Origin: Eledone cirrhosa
Taxonomy: Eukaryota
Reading direction: 5' to 3'
DNA: 64,000 nt
NCBI GenBank assembly: GCA_964016885.1
Contig: OZ024743.1
Location: forward strand, 125,488,001 to 125,552,000
Both the position numbers and the translations under genes were made by a program. Position 1 is the first letter of the stretch; each line of letters starts with the position of its first letter. Below, piece after piece: positions 14,376 to 28,873 of the stretch. Under the pieces are notes generated by a model. It ran no database searches. It saw only the letters and a list, made by a program, of their open reading frames with translations, and was not told where the DNA came from.

Positions 14376-14651
14376 ATGGCCGAATGGTCGAGGAAGAAGG
14401 AAAACTTTGAGGGAAATGACAATGGTTTATTAAGAGAATTGACAGAGGAATATTTTCAAATAACTGAATGGATGAAAGTCTGGCTTAAACCTTTTAACAT
14501 TTCAATTGCACTTATAGATTAACAGCAAAACTAAGTCTAATTTGAAATATATTTATTTCTTAAATAAAATGGCATTACATTATCTGTTTCAGCAGCAATA
14601 TCTGGAAAAAGATTTACTTGCAGATATTTCAGAAAATCAATTAAGAATTTG
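14376..14651 (+). CDS. Candidate two-exon coding fragment (14376-14477 + 14593-14651)
   Basis: MAEWSRKKENFEGNDNGLLRELTEEYFQITEWMK | QQYLEKDLLADISENQLRI join in frame; good acceptor TGTTTCAG but weak donors. Confidence 0.3.
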
Positions 14652-15628
14652 GTTTATTTTGCTGTTTAGTTAACCTCTTATGAGGTTGCTTTTCATAGAA
14701 TGTTTCTTAGGTGTTTTCATGATAGGGTCTCCAGTCCTATTATGTCACAATTTTTCTGGTGGAATTTTGAACTCAGAATGCATACATACTGCAAGGCATC
14801 CCATCTGATGCTATAATAATTCTATCAAACTACCATCCAGGACTGGTACTTTATTTATTGATTCCAAAAGGATGAAAGGAAAAATTGATTTGATGGGGTT
14901 TGAACTCAGAATTCAAAGAGCTGAAATGAACACTGCAAAGCATTTAATCTAATAATGCTCTAATGACTCTGTCAATTCACCACTTGGTATAATTAAAGTC
15001 AGTCATATGGTATTTTAGTATTTTTTGGACTGTAAATATTGAGCACCAATTTTAAACAGCCAAGCACTAATTTTTTGAAATGTGTCTGAACTGTGAATTT
15101 CAGGAAACATTTCATCATTATTGTAATGTGTTCTGTTATTCTAAGGCAGTCAATTTGGCAGAATTATTAGGGTGTTGGATATTTCTTCTAGCTTTCTAGA
15201 TTCATATACCACTGAGATCTTCTTTGCTTTTCATTATTTTGGGTGGCCAATAAAGTACCAGCCTAGTACTGGTGCAGCCCTCTCACTCCCTGTCAGTTGC
15301 CACACCTTGGATGTTCCATTAGATCAAGAAAGGGAAAAGCAAAAAGGTGTCTATGTCTGCTCACAACCACATGGGCAGCACCTAAAGCCCATAGCAAATA
15401 CATGGTGCATACTACCAAGTCATACTCAGTTGCAAGTAACAGCCATATTCTTTTCTATTATTCTAGTTAATACTAATTGATAGAAACTCTCCTTTCTTCT
15501 CTAGTTTAAGTATTTGTTGTAATCCTTCAAATATAATTTATTGTTTAAATTTCTTCCATCTTTCAAGTATTGTTTTTTATATGGTGCTTCATTCTGCTGG
15601 TGTTAGCATGGAAAGTGGATGTAGAATT

Positions 15629-15668
<40 letters not shown>

Positions 15669-16528
15669 ATTCTTCGATCTCTAGCCTCATTAGTACAGTT
15701 TTAACAACTTGTGTATCATGTTCTTCTCTTGTTTTTGTTTTACTTTAGTTAGTTATTATTTTTAACTACAGTATGTTAGAACATTGAACAAGATACTTCA
15801 TGGTATTTTTTTTCTGATTCCATTGTTTTGATTTCAAATTTTAAAGATATTTTCTTTCCCTCTTTCTATTAGTCTCAGTGGCCCTTAAAAATGTTAAGGA
15901 CACTGACTAAATAATAAAATAAATAAATATGCTAGTAAATATTTTCCAACTAAACCACTTGATTTCTCCTGAAAATGTGTAATACTATTGCTTCTCTCAT
16001 TGAATAACATCTGAGTATTCATTTCTTCTTGTGTATTGTTATAAGAAAAAAAAATGTTTTTTTTATTGATTAATTTTCAATATCCCCGGAGAGAAACTAC
16101 TAAAACCAGTCTAGAGCTTGTTAGATTACTTTATCCATTAACCTATCTAGTTTTTATCATATTATTTCTTTGTAGATTCAAACACTACAAAAAAGACACT
16201 CTAATTATAGATAAACACACACAAATGTATGAGTGCTATTTAAAAACTGATGATAAGCAGTTTGAGGTATTCAGTTATCATCATCATCATCATCTTCGTT
16301 TAACGTCAATCTTCCACGCTAGCATGGGTTAGACGGGTATATCTTTCTCTAACACACACACACACACACATTACCATGCTATTCCTTTCTTACACCGCTT
16401 ATCAAACAAATTTATGGAGAATAGAAGAAGAAAAAAGAAAAGAGGATGAATCTGTTGTCAGAAAACGACTGACCACAATGTGAGAAGTTAGAGTTACGTC
16501 CCTTAGATAATTTTTTTTTTCTTTCAAG

Positions 16529-16720
16529 ATTGTAATAACAAATTATGCAATGCTAGGTGTGCTTCGGCACCTGTTCAGTGGCTACGGTTTTCAGTTGTGA
16601 CTTCAAATACTTTGTTCGTGTCAACAATGACTGAACCCAAATGGTTTGGATTACAATGCTGTACAAATGATATAAGCAATCATTGCTTCATTCCTTTAAT
16701 GTTTACGGGATGTTCCAGAG
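16529..16720 (+). CDS. Candidate symmetric phase-1 Cys-rich exon
   Basis: T10CTTTCAAG acceptor, AG|GTAAGT donor, 192 nt, one open frame CNNKLCNARCASAPVQW...LQCCTNDISNHCFIPLMFTGCSR. Confidence 0.45.
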
Positions 16721-17519
16721 GTAAGTTTGATAAATATCATTACGTCATATATTGTAAACGATCGCCTCATAAAAGTCTGATGCGCCAATGAAAGAAAGTA
16801 ATTATGTTTTTATATATGTTTTTATCTGTGAATTCATTTTTTTAAAACAAATGCATGCTGTTTTAACAAACTAAATTAGATATATGAAGAAATCTAAGGA
16901 TTTTGCATGCTGCTGAGATATTTTAACTGGTTTTTAATTGACAAGTTATTAATTCCTATGTAATGCATTATAAATTAAAACAACATTTTTGTTTGGTTAT
17001 TAATGACCATCTAAAGAAAATGTAAAATATATTTTTTAAATGTAAGGTGATGTTGATTTTTATATATTTTACATATTATTTAATAATTAATACAGAAAGA
17101 TATGAACTGTGCTCACAAAAATGTTTCATTTTTTCTTATTTAGATATTTTTATTATTATATATTATATTTTTTCTTCTTTTTTTTTCACTTTTAAACAAA
17201 TTAGTATAAACTGCATGAAAAAGGCAATAAAATCTATAAAAGATATTGTTTAAATATTATATTATCATCAATGTCCTTTGTCATAATGTTAGTAACAGTA
17301 GCATTATAGATAATCCTATTATTTATTATTGTTGTCTTTGCTGCTATTGTAGCAGTTGTTTCTGTATCTTGAAAAATGTCCAAGATTCTTTAAAGAGATA
17401 TTATCAAAAACATTCCAACTGTTTTTTCAAAATTTCAAAAGTTTTAATTATGTAATAACAGTGTAATATTGATGATGTGCAGAGAATACTAATTTCAAGT
17501 AAATTTCAATAATCTTTAA

Positions 17520-17785
17520 CCCTTTCGTTACCATATTTCTAATGAAAAACAGTCTATGGTTTTAAAATAATTTTCATAATTATCAAGAATTTGAAAGAAT
17601 TTTGTAATATAACTAACTCTTTCAATATTAAACTGGGATTTGGTACATAACTTAAGAAAGGTTCGGATATAAAATCATGATGGAAGGGTTATAAGATAAA
17701 TATAAGCACTTTAAACAAATATTTTTTTTATTGTAGAACTTGAGGTGGTTGTAGGTTTCAGGCCGTTTGGTATAAAAAGCATTTA
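17520..17785. mobile_element. piggyBac-like AT-rich MITE (further copies near 18690-18916, 36670, 37143-37740, 40230-40456, 44570-44922, 56060-56460)
   Basis: Family termini TTAACCCTTTCGTTACC and GGTATCAAAAGGGTTAA with a shared internal AT-rich body. Confidence 0.6.
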
Positions 17786-18332
17786 AAAAAATATATTTGT
17801 TTGAACGACTTTATAAATGTGAATAAAATATAGTATATATATATAAATGTGAAGAAATATATAGTAGCTGTGTAGAAAAGTTTAAGTAGCATATCCTGAA
17901 TATATTCTTTATATTGTCCTTTTCATGCAATTAAAGAGTCTGTGTGGTTTTGTTTTCTTTAGCTCCCATGGGACCTAATTAGAAGTGATTAAAGTTTCAA
18001 CTATTTAATGTTATATCTATGTGTACTAATGGAATTAACCTTGCACCTGTTATTTTAGTTGTATTGGCCAAGACTTGTAATTGTACTTTAACCAAGAATA
18101 GTAAATTGCTGCTATAGTTATTTCGATTCTTTTTCTCTTAGTATTTTAGTCATGGTTTTGATAATTCTAAGGTATCTAAGTATGTAAGTTGAAACTAGTC
18201 TTAAGAGTTTTCTTTTGGTCACACAGTCAGCAGTGCCTCTTTCAGAATATCATGTAAAAATATTGATAACATTTTTACTTTTTAATTCGATATATCTATC
18301 ACTTTTTATTCTAGATTGTGATGATATTTAGT

Positions 18333-18480
18333 TTAGTAGTTAGAGTGTTCATCTCATGATCGTAAGATCATGAGTTCAATTCCTGGTAGCACATTGTGTA
18401 CTTGAGCGAGATACTTTATTTCATGTTGTTCCAGACTACTCAAATGGGAAAATGAGCAGTAACTGTAAATGAAAAATAAC
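18333..18480 (+). mobile_element. tRNA-derived SINE family 2
   Basis: B-box GTTCAATTCC followed by the TGTGT.CTTGAGC.AGA.ACTTTATTTCA core. Confidence 0.7.
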
Positions 18481-19240
18481 CAGTTTTGACTGACACTGTG
18501 TCTCAATGAATCTTCTGTAGAGATTATGTTATGGGTACATGTCTGTGGTATACTCAACCATTTATTTACGTGTTCATTTTTCAAGCAGCTGTTTCATTGA
18601 TCAAACAAATTGAACATCATCATCGAAACCAACAACAGAGATCCATTCCAATCTATATTGTAAAATCTTTCATTATGTTTTCCTTTTCATAACGGTATCT
18701 TTAATGAAATATACTGTATTTCAGCTAATTTAGGACGAATTTGGAAGGATTTAATTAACTGTTTAATTACTTCATTAAGATGGTATAACACAACAAAATA
18801 TTTTTATATAAAATTATGCTGGAAGATATTAATTTAAATAGTAACCTTTTAAAATGGGTAGTTTTGTTTCATAGAACTAGAGGGAGTTTTTGGTGGGTTG
18901 GTATCAAAAGGGTTAAATTAATAAGTTATGAATGGACTAGGGCTCATAACATTAAAACACCCACGAGACTGCCTATGGAATGGTTGTTCTTAAGACATTT
19001 AGCTGGCTTCTTCTGAAATGTAAGCTCATAGGAGGCCAACTAAACCTATGCAGGTGTCTTAAGAACAACTACAAAATGAATAAATTGCACTACATAATTT
19101 AATGTTTTAAATACAGCTTACTGGCATACATGTGATTTGTACGTATATGAGTATTGTTTAATTGTAATAGATTTTTTTAAATGCTTGTCATAATTTAATT
19201 TGTGATAGAATATAAATACTTTTACAAATGTTATTTTTCT

Positions 19241-19428
19241 GTGGATTGGCAGTATCGGTAGAGGGTCGGACGCCATGCTTTGACGCATAGAGTTACGTCC
19301 CTTGCCATTCTGAGTTCAAATCCCGCCGAGGTTAACTTTGCCTTTCATCCTCACGGGGTCGATGAAATAAAGTACCAGTAATGCACTAGGTAATTGCTGG
19401 CCTTGTGCCAAAAGTAGAAACAATTATT
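19241..19428 (+). mobile_element. tRNA-derived SINE family 1 with a Nin/Deu-like core
   Basis: TGGCAGTATCGG A-box, GAGTTCAAATCC B-box, core TTGCCTTTCATCC..GGGGTCGAT.AAATAAAGTACCAGT. Confidence 0.85.
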
Positions 19429-20517
19429 TTTCTGTTAATCAAAATAATTTGTTGTCAATGCCAACATTGATATATTAGCTAAAGAACCTTTTCATAAAGT
19501 AACACATTTGCCCTATCTCTTATTAAGTCCAAATGTAAACAAGCCGCATTAGTTGCAATTGATTGAATTACGACCTTGTAGTATACTTCACAGATTAGTT
19601 TTAGCTGCAAATATAGTTCAGGATATTACTAGTAATTACTTCATTGCCTGAAAGAAAATTAAAGTAACATTGATCCCAAAGAAACATAAACTCAGATCAG
19701 TGGCAATCCATATTATGTCATTGGACTACTAAACCAATATCTTGATTTTTCATTACTGAATGTTTATAGTTTCATTTAAAAGAAATATATTTATATTTGT
19801 CATCATCATTATCATTATTTTAATGTTTGTTTATATCCATATTTCTGTGTATATTTAATTATAAATTTAAACGAATACATTATATAGTAATATAGAATAC
19901 ATGACTGAAATAGTGGTTTTTATACATGGATTTTTACATGAAATACGATAAAATAATAATCTTTTATTGACTTTCTGGCAATAGAAATGGCCTAGACAAT
20001 CCAATAACAAATAATTGTTTCTACAATCCAATAACAAATAATGCCAATAAACTTCTAACCACATAGCATATATGCATTTATAATTATATATATGTAGTTG
20101 CTGCGCGTGCGCGTGTGTATGTACATATGTGCATGTATGAATGTATGAGTAAATATATATATATGGGTGGAAGTACAAGAGTAGTAGTAGAGAAAGAAAT
20201 TAAGATTATTTCTGTTATTATAATTTTGAATGTTTACACAGAGCTCTTCATCACTCTTCTCAAAACTTTCATAGTTTTTCAATTCAACAATGTTTCTCTC
20301 TTTGATATATGTAACACAATCTTTATTTTGTGTAGGAGGATGTTAAAACAAATTTATTTAGCTTTTTTTTTTTATGTAATTCTTCTTAAATGGTTATAAT
20401 CTGATTTTATATTAACATATATTATTCATCTACATCTTTTAATGTGTGTGTGTTTGTGTTAGTTGTGTACTTATTTTTAATCAAGAAATTTGTTGCATTA
20501 TGTATTGGATTTGTAAG

Positions 20518-20619
20518 GATTTCATGGTGAAATCTCTTCCTTGCAAAATTTCTGAAAAGGGAGACAATACAGAGTACACAGTATCTATAAACTTGAGAAG
20601 TGGTGAGTTCACAGAAATG
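20518..20619 (+). CDS. Candidate phase-0 exon
   Basis: TTTGTAAG|DFMVKSLPCKISEKGDNTEYTVSINLRSGEFTEM|GTAAGA, 102 nt. Confidence 0.3.
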
Positions 20620-20767
20620 GTAAGACAAGACTAAGTGATTTTATGTATTAAAAACTAAATACTGAGAGACATGCCATGTAGTTGTAAGAACTAGATGTGG
20701 AAAACAGAAGGTGATGCCTATGATAAATGTATGGTATTATCATCTAATCAATGTTCTATCTCATTTG

Positions 20768-21035
20768 GTATGTTATATCCAAGATTGGGGTATTAAATAT
20801 ATTATATCTAAGACTGGGATATCAAATATATTATACCTAAGACTGGGATATCAAATATATTATATTTAAGACTGGGGTATCAAATATATTATATCTAAGA
20901 CTAGGATATCAAATATATTATATCCATGACTAGGGTATCAAATATATTATATCTAAGACTGGGATATCAAATATATTATATCTAAGACTGGGGTATAAAA
21001 TATATTATATCTAAGACTGGGGTATCAGATATATT
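20768..21035. repeat. 29-bp minisatellite, about 9 copies
   Basis: Unit TCAAATATATTATATCTAAGACTGGGATA. Confidence 0.95.
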
Positions 21036-21289
21036 CAATAATTTTTAAGATGGTAAAGCACAAGTGACATTCCACTTACCTAATAACATCTAGAAGCCAA
21101 TACTTATGTTCAATAACACTAAGATTCACATCTTCAGTTCAAACATGAAGTCAACTCAAGACCTACATCTATCACTGCCTTGAGCGGCTACTCAGAATCA
21201 TTAGCCAATAAATAAATAAATGAGTTAATTAATTAATAAACTCAGCAACAGAGCTTTGTGGAAACAAACCATGTTGACGTGATCAAGTG

Positions 21290-21640
21290 AAGAGTGTGGC
21301 ACTGGATTGGAAGCACCCTCAGAAGAAGGTTCCAGGACAATGTAACAGGCAGTCCCCCTGATGGACTCCACCCATCCAGTGCAAAAGAAAGAACTTCTGG
21401 CAAGACAACACAGAATGTGGCATTGGATTAAACACATTCTCAAAAGAAAGTCCTAGTACAGTGTAATAGGTGGAACCCCTCAGAGCAAATGGAAGAGAGG
21501 ATGAACTCATGGTGATGTGACCTGGAGAAAAAAGTGAGAAGATTTGGACGGAGCTGGGAGTAATTGGAATAGAAAGTTCAGGCTAGGAATGAGCGAAGGA
21601 AAATTGTCGATGGCCTATGCCTAGGTGGGCCCAAAGGCCT
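21290..21640 (+). mobile_element. Old RTE-type LINE 3' remnant
   Basis: Twice-repeated WHWI..xL motif followed by W.PQ..W.RG-like sequence. Confidence 0.45.
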
Positions 21641-21769
21641 GATTGAATGAGGGGGAGTGGCTACATAGAAGCTTCATAATTGGTTTGGTGGAGAGTTGGT
21701 AGAGCACCAGTTTGAATTGAACAATTCCAATCTAATCTTAAGTTTAATCTTTCTATTGTTGATAAAGTC

Positions 21770-22310
21770 TAAAGTCTGTCTTAAGCCAGAAGGCTCATTA
21801 GGCTGAACCTTATCCCGGTTTCATGGCATGAAGCGACTGAGAGCACAAGACTTCCCCCTGGACAGGGCACCAATCCATCGCAGAATTAAACCTCCAGCTA
21901 TTGCTGGTACTCATTTTCAGCTGAGTATAATGGAGCAACGTGAAATGAAGTGTTTTGCTCAAGAATACAACACAGAACCCAGCCCAGGAATCGAACCCAT
22001 GACATTATGATCTCAAGTCCAACACTCTTACCATTAGGCCACAGGCCTCCAGAAATATTAAAGTTAAAGTATGTTTCAAACTAGGAGAGTCATCAGGATG
22101 AAGCTTATGCTGGTTTGATGTGTCATCAAGTAACTAACAGTACAGAAATCCTCCAGCTGTTGCTGATACTCGTTTTCCAGCAGTGTAAACTGGATCAATA
22201 TAAAATGAAGTACCTTTCTAGCTCAAGGACAAAACACACTATCAAGTCTGGGTATTGAACCAATGACCTTATGGTTGTGAGCCAAACACCTAACTACTAG
22301 ACCATGCACC
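21770..22310 (-). mobile_element. Two SINE family 2 copies
   Basis: Reverse-complement GGTTCGATTCC/GGTTCAATACC B-boxes and CTTGAGC core. Confidence 0.75.
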
Positions 22311-22526
22311 TAATATAGGTAATATATTGTTGTCAATTCAATCAGCCACTGTGATTTCACCTACAAAAGTTAATTTTGTGTCTAGTAGAAAGAAACTATT
22401 ACTTTAATTTCATGTAATAACTGCCATAGGTTAATTTTACGGTTTTGGTAAATCAACTCTGCAATCAAATACCCTTAAAACAAGTGCTGTACTAAATTCA
22501 TTACAGTATATAGCAGTGGATTAGTG

Positions 22527-22737
22527 CTGGATTGGCAGTATTGGTAGAGCGTCGGACACCATGCTTCACAACAGAGAGTTACAGCCCTTTACGTTCTCAG
22601 TTCAAATCCCACCGAGGTTAGCTTTGCCTTTCATCCTTACGGGGTCGATAAAATAATGCACACCAGTAGTGTACTGCGGTCGATTTAATCGACCCCCTTT
22701 CAAATTGCTGGCCTTATGCCTAAAGTAGTAACAAGTA
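22527..22737 (+). mobile_element. SINE family 1
   Basis: Same A/B boxes and core as 19241. Confidence 0.85.
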
Positions 22738-22945
22738 TAAAGCAGTGGTTCCAAACTTTTTCAGTGCCAAGGACTCCTTTTATTTAAATGAATTTTCCCA
22801 TGGAGCCTAAGGTCAATCTACTTAAAGCCAGGATCCTTGGAAAGTGAGTTTGTTGCTTGTCAATTTTTATCAACTAGTAAGAACCTCATTTTTCCAGTTT
22901 CCTGGCTTTCAAATTTTGAAAGTATATTTTTATCAACATTATTAT

Positions 22946-23130
22946 GGTGGATTGGCAATATCGGTAGAGGGACACCATGCTTTGACGCATAGTTACGGCC
23001 CTTGCCATTCTGAGTTCAAATCCCACCGAGGTTAACTTTGCCTTTCATCCTTACGAGGTCGATAAAATAAAGTACCAGTAATGCACTGGGATAATTGCTG
23101 GCCTTGTGCCAAAAGTAGAAACAATTATTA
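22946..23130 (+). mobile_element. SINE family 1
   Basis: Closely matches 19241-19428. Confidence 0.85.
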
Positions 23131-24429
23131 TACACCTATAATCCATTATCCCAACTAGAGTTGATGCTTGCATAAAAAGCCAGTATTCTACAAGATGCAA
23201 CTCTCTCTTTTAAGCCAACTCTATGACCCAATGTTTCCTCAATGCCTCCTTAGTGCTAGTTCCATGATAAAAATGCACCCAGCCCACTGTGAAAGGTGGT
23301 AGTACCGGCTGCAGTGATGACGGTGGCGGCAGTAGTGACAGTGGTGGTGGCGATGACAGCGGTGGTGATGCCATCGATGATGATGATGATGATGCTGTGT
23401 CAGAGTAGATTTAATTGAACATACCTCTTTCTGTTGGAAAAGCATAAATATACCAACTGATTTCCTTTTTCAATAAACCAAAGGAAACAATCTATTTTTT
23501 TTATTTTTTAAATTCTGTTGTCAAGACAGCACAAAGTCAATTAGAAAGTTATAATCAGTTGAATTTACACTAAAGTCTAATGTTTATTTTATTTACCTGG
23601 GAGCAGTGGTTTCGAAACTTAGTTTGTTGCAGAACTCATACCTGTATTTTATAGATAATTCCCATCACCATAATTTTAATAAATCATTAAATGAAACAAA
23701 AATGTGTTTTAGAGAAAAAATTTCATCATCGCCATTTAACTTCTGTTTTCCATGCTTGCATGGGTTAAACAGGCTGTCACATTCTAAGTCAAGACAGATC
23801 AGGTGACCATGTCTTGTTCATACACTCTGTCTTTGTTTTAGTTTCTATTGCTGGATGCCCTTCCTAATGCCAATCACTTTACATCATTATACTGGGAGCA
23901 TTTGATTGTGATTTTGGCACTACTACATTACAGTATGGACAGGGCACCTTTTATTGTAGCACCAGCATTACCTCCTTACAGGGTGAACTTGATGCTTTTT
24001 ATTGTAGTTCCATAGGTAACCATACCATAATACTCACTAACTATTTGTGTGCACTCTGTATTTTAAGGTGCAGCTTCTCGACTGCAGGCTTATTATCTCA
24101 TTGAGTGAGTGGATCATGGCCGGAAATCATTGAAATAAGTTTGGTGACTTCTGTATACTATATATAAAAACATGTAATGAATTTTTAGTAAATTTTATTA
24201 AAAGACACCTTATTCCACAAAACCCCAGAATTGTTTTAAGCAACCCATTTTATGAAATACTACCTAAACACTTTGTATGCTCCTACACCTATTTATCCTC
24301 TCAGTCTTTCTTTTGTTTTTTTTTCACTTTATTACTTCCTCTTGGATCCCCCATCGGTTTCTATGATGAGTATTTAGTTGTTTGATCAATTAAACATCTT
24401 CTTTGTTCACTTATTCCTGAGTCCTCAAT

Positions 24430-24635
24430 CACTCATTCCAGTGGGTCCTGTCAGAAGCAACTATCTTTAACTGATCTAGCTGAATCCCCAAGCTAGACCA
24501 GCCAAGCTCATGGATGTTATCCAACCATTTTGTTCGGGGTCTACCCATGGGTCTCTTGCCAGTTGGTTTTGCCCATAAAATCTGTCTAGTGATTGTTTCC
24601 TGAGACATAATAACCACATGCCCATAGTATGTGAT
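24430..24635 (-). mobile_element. RTE-type LINE C-terminal remnant
   Basis: YGHVVIM...GKRPMGRPRTKWLDNI. Confidence 0.75.
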
Positions 24636-26490
24636 TAACAAGAAACTTACATAGATAATGGTTTCCAATTTAAGAGAAAGTCAATGAAATCACCTTAGTA
24701 CTTGACTAGTCCTTTATTTTATCCATCCTGGGAGGATGAAAGTCAAAGTTGACCTCAGTGGGATTTGAACTCAAAACATTAAGAAACTTACATTGATAAT
24801 GATAACGATGTTCGTGATTATGTTGCTTTCAGCAACTTCAAATTGTTTTCTGTATTGATATTCTTTGTGTTTATTATAGAGTTTTATTCACAGTTGTATA
24901 ATATTACAAATTGTTCACAATTCTTTCAGAATGAAAATATAAACACATAATAAATACAATTAATTATTGCTAGGAATCACACATATATAACACACCAAAA
25001 TATATGACCAGAGCAAGAGAAAGAAAGAAAAAAAACAACCATCAATTCACCACCAAGTGCGACAATCAGCCACACAACACTAGGGTCAATGGAAATTTTT
25101 TAGGTAAGCCAACATGCTCGCAGCATTACCACAGGTGATAGCGAGACTAAGGCACTGAAACATCCAGGCACATCTCAGTAAGGTGAGCTGCCAACGGTGA
25201 CAAGAACTTCACTGTCAGCGGTCTAACTCCACCAAACGTCTCAAATGCCAAAGACTGGAAAAGATAATTGTTTGATAGTTCCCAGTGTTTTCAGACGTCA
25301 TTCCATTCGGCAACGGAAGCAGAGACCCTCACATTTGCTGCAGCATCCACGATGTGAGAGGCAGCAAAAGAGTCACTGACTGAGGTGCCCCAAATGAGAA
25401 CCTGCCTCTTACCCTAGGACATAGGATAAGACCGTCTGTTCTCTTTCTATCAATTCTAGATAACCCAGGTGGCTCCAGAACCCGTGGGCCCACTTAATGG
25501 TCAGGTGTAGATGTGGTGGGATGAAGCGACTAGTATTCAGGTAGCAGGACAAACAATGGAGGCCTGTGAAGTAGAGGGGCCTACTATAGTGACATCTCAG
25601 ATCCCCATAAACATTGGCTCCCACTCAGAGAATGATAGTTTAGCCTCAAATTACAGGGGGGAAATATAAGGCAGGACACTCTCGGACGAGAATAGGTTAA
25701 CAAACTGAGTGAGGTTCTCCATGAGCTCAAGGCCAGCATTTCCAGCTGACAAGGAGACACCATCCTTGAAGTGCTCATGTTGTAGACCATCAATCCCTGC
25801 AGGAAAGGATATGACCACTTTCCTGACGTTTTCTTGGGTGAAGACAGGTTGTAACCAACCTGGTGAATCAGGCCATTGTAAGAGGGGCCAGAGGGACCAG
25901 AGGACGTTTTTTCCTCAGTTGATTGAGTGAATCAATAGTGCACTTAGTGAGGGAGGACAGAGAGGAGAGGAGACGAACAACTCCTGTAATGTCAAATTCG
26001 TTGGATTTGGTATTGCTGGCCTTCTTTAAGTCTGATGATCGTCCATTGATCAGAACTGAGTTGATCACCGACAAGAATACACACATGTAGAAACAAATCA
26101 ATTTGCCCACGCTCAAAATCGACAACAGTTTCCTCAAAATGACGAGACTACTGTCATAAATACGTCACTACATACAAAATAACATACCGCCTCCACACAC
26201 AATAACAGTATTACCTAATACATACCGCACCTTTTCCTTCTCTCCTACTTCTACCACTACTCCATTCACATATGAATAATTGACTTCATTATGAACACTA
26301 CAGCTCACACCTGGAGTAGAAAGAGTCTAATGTGCTTATGTGCTTTTCATAAGATTTTATTTATTTACGTTTTTACAAATTGATATCCGGCTGAGGTATG
26401 GGATATTTAGTCATTCATACTCACAATATTGCTGATCATTAAACAACTGTTTTTCAATGTAACATTTTGATATCCATATTTCACACACAC

Positions 26491-26521
<31 letters not shown>

Positions 26522-26562
26522 CGATATTAAACAAATGGAAACTACATTTATAAAACCATATT

Positions 26563-26628
26563 TATTTCATTATATATATTTCAGGGATATCATATTAAAA
26601 ATATGGTATGCCCTCTTCAGACAAAATA
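26563..26628 (-). ncRNA. Hammerhead motif (left arm of inverted repeat 26520-27016)
   Basis: TATTTTGT-CTGAAGA-GGGCATACCATATT..AATATGATATCCCT-GAAA-TATATA-TA-ATGAAATA. Confidence 0.75.
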
Positions 26629-26759
26629 CAATATATAAACAGTTTTATAAATAAATTTGACATACCTTGGAAAATTTACAACTTCCATTTAAAAAGTTGT
26701 TATGGTAGTGAGAATGTTAATGACAGTTAGAAAGAAAGACGGAGAAAAAAGGAAAAAAG

Positions 26760-26863
<104 letters not shown>

Positions 26864-26907
26864 TTTAAGGGTATGTCAATATTTATTTATAAAACTGATC
26901 TATATTA

Positions 26908-26972
26908 TATTTTATCTGATGAAAGCACACCATAATTTAACTTGGTGTCCTTGAAATATGTATAATGAAATA
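26908..26972 (+). ncRNA. Hammerhead motif (right arm)
   Basis: TATTTTAT-CTGATGA-AAGCACACCA..TGGTGTCCTT-GAAA-TATGTA-TA-ATGAAATA. Confidence 0.75.
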
Positions 26973-27101
26973 AATATGGTTTTATAAATATAGTTTCCAT
27001 TTGTTAATATATCGTATTTTTACTCCAATAATTTGTTGAGTGCTTTATATCAGTTATAAAAATATTTGCTTGTTGTATCCCAACAATTTAAATAGAACTT
27101 C

Positions 27102-27156
<55 letters not shown>

Positions 27157-27190
27157 ATAATAATAAATTTGAAGACTAAAATCCAAAGAG

Positions 27191-27318
27191 GGCTCGATAA
27201 GGATAAATATATATATCAAATATATAAGAACCGTAGAGCAAATATTTATTAAAATAACAGAAGATCCCGTTAAGGGTGAAAACAGCGATTCTTTGCTTAA
27301 ACTTTAATCTGTTATTTT

Positions 27319-27320
<2 letters not shown>
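27191..27320 (+). mobile_element. Rearranged Helitron family A fragments
   Basis: Matches 1183-1230 and 586-634 in swapped order. Confidence 0.7.
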
Positions 27321-28240
<920 letters not shown>

Positions 28241-28286
28241 ATTAATTCAAACTATTAACAAAAATAGACATTCGTGTGATCAAGTA

Positions 28287-28353
28287 TATTTTATTATACA
28301 TATTTCAGAGGTACTGAGCTAACTTCAACAGTACGTCCTCATCAGATAAAATA
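28287..28353 (-). ncRNA. Hammerhead motif in element 28238-28612
   Basis: TATTTTAT-CTGATGA-GGACGTACTG..CAGTACCTCT-GAAA-TATGTA-TA-ATAAAATA; about 35-bp inverted repeat 28238-28273 / 28486-28521. Confidence 0.8.
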
Positions 28354-28667
28354 AGATGATGCATGACATACTCTGACATAGTAGATGGTTAAGATTCAGT
28401 CATGGTAGTGAATAAGATATGACAAAACTCAATATTTATATACCTTAAGATTGAGACATGAAAAAATTTACATATAATACAGAGGGAATGTCTATTTTTG
28501 TTAATATTTTGAATTAATATTAATAACTCCGGAAAACCAAACTGTTGAGTGCTTCCAATCTATTGTAAAACTCATTCTTTGATTTATTCATTGAACCTTG
28601 TTTAACCTTTAAATATATATATATGTATATATACATATATATATATCAGCATCATCATCATCGTATG

Positions 28668-28727
<60 letters not shown>

Positions 28728-28873
28728 TGTTATACTTGGAGAGGGTCATATTGTGGTAATAATAACAGAACACACTGTTTGGTTGGTTTTCGCTACTGCA
28801 TCTTTTATATCTCCATAGTTAATTTATTTGGCAATTAATGTTTATCATTGACTGACCAACGGTTAAAAATACA
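28728..28873 (+). repeat. Short TGT...ACA solo-LTR-like repeat (inverted relatives at 29255-29459 and 49273-49373)
   Basis: Shared start TGTTATACTT(T/G)G.GAGGGT.AT.TTG. Confidence 0.45.

Noticed and set aside
19241-19330. tRNA gene
   Set aside because: A/B boxes belong to a multi-copy SINE head; no full cloverleaf.
20768-21035. Regular repeat as a possible CRISPR array
   Set aside because: Contiguous 29-bp units with no unique spacers and no cas genes; eukaryotic context.
25000-26160. GC-richer stretch with short ORFs as a host gene
   Set aside because: No consistent frame or splice pattern; probably an old LINE remnant, but motifs are too decayed to name.
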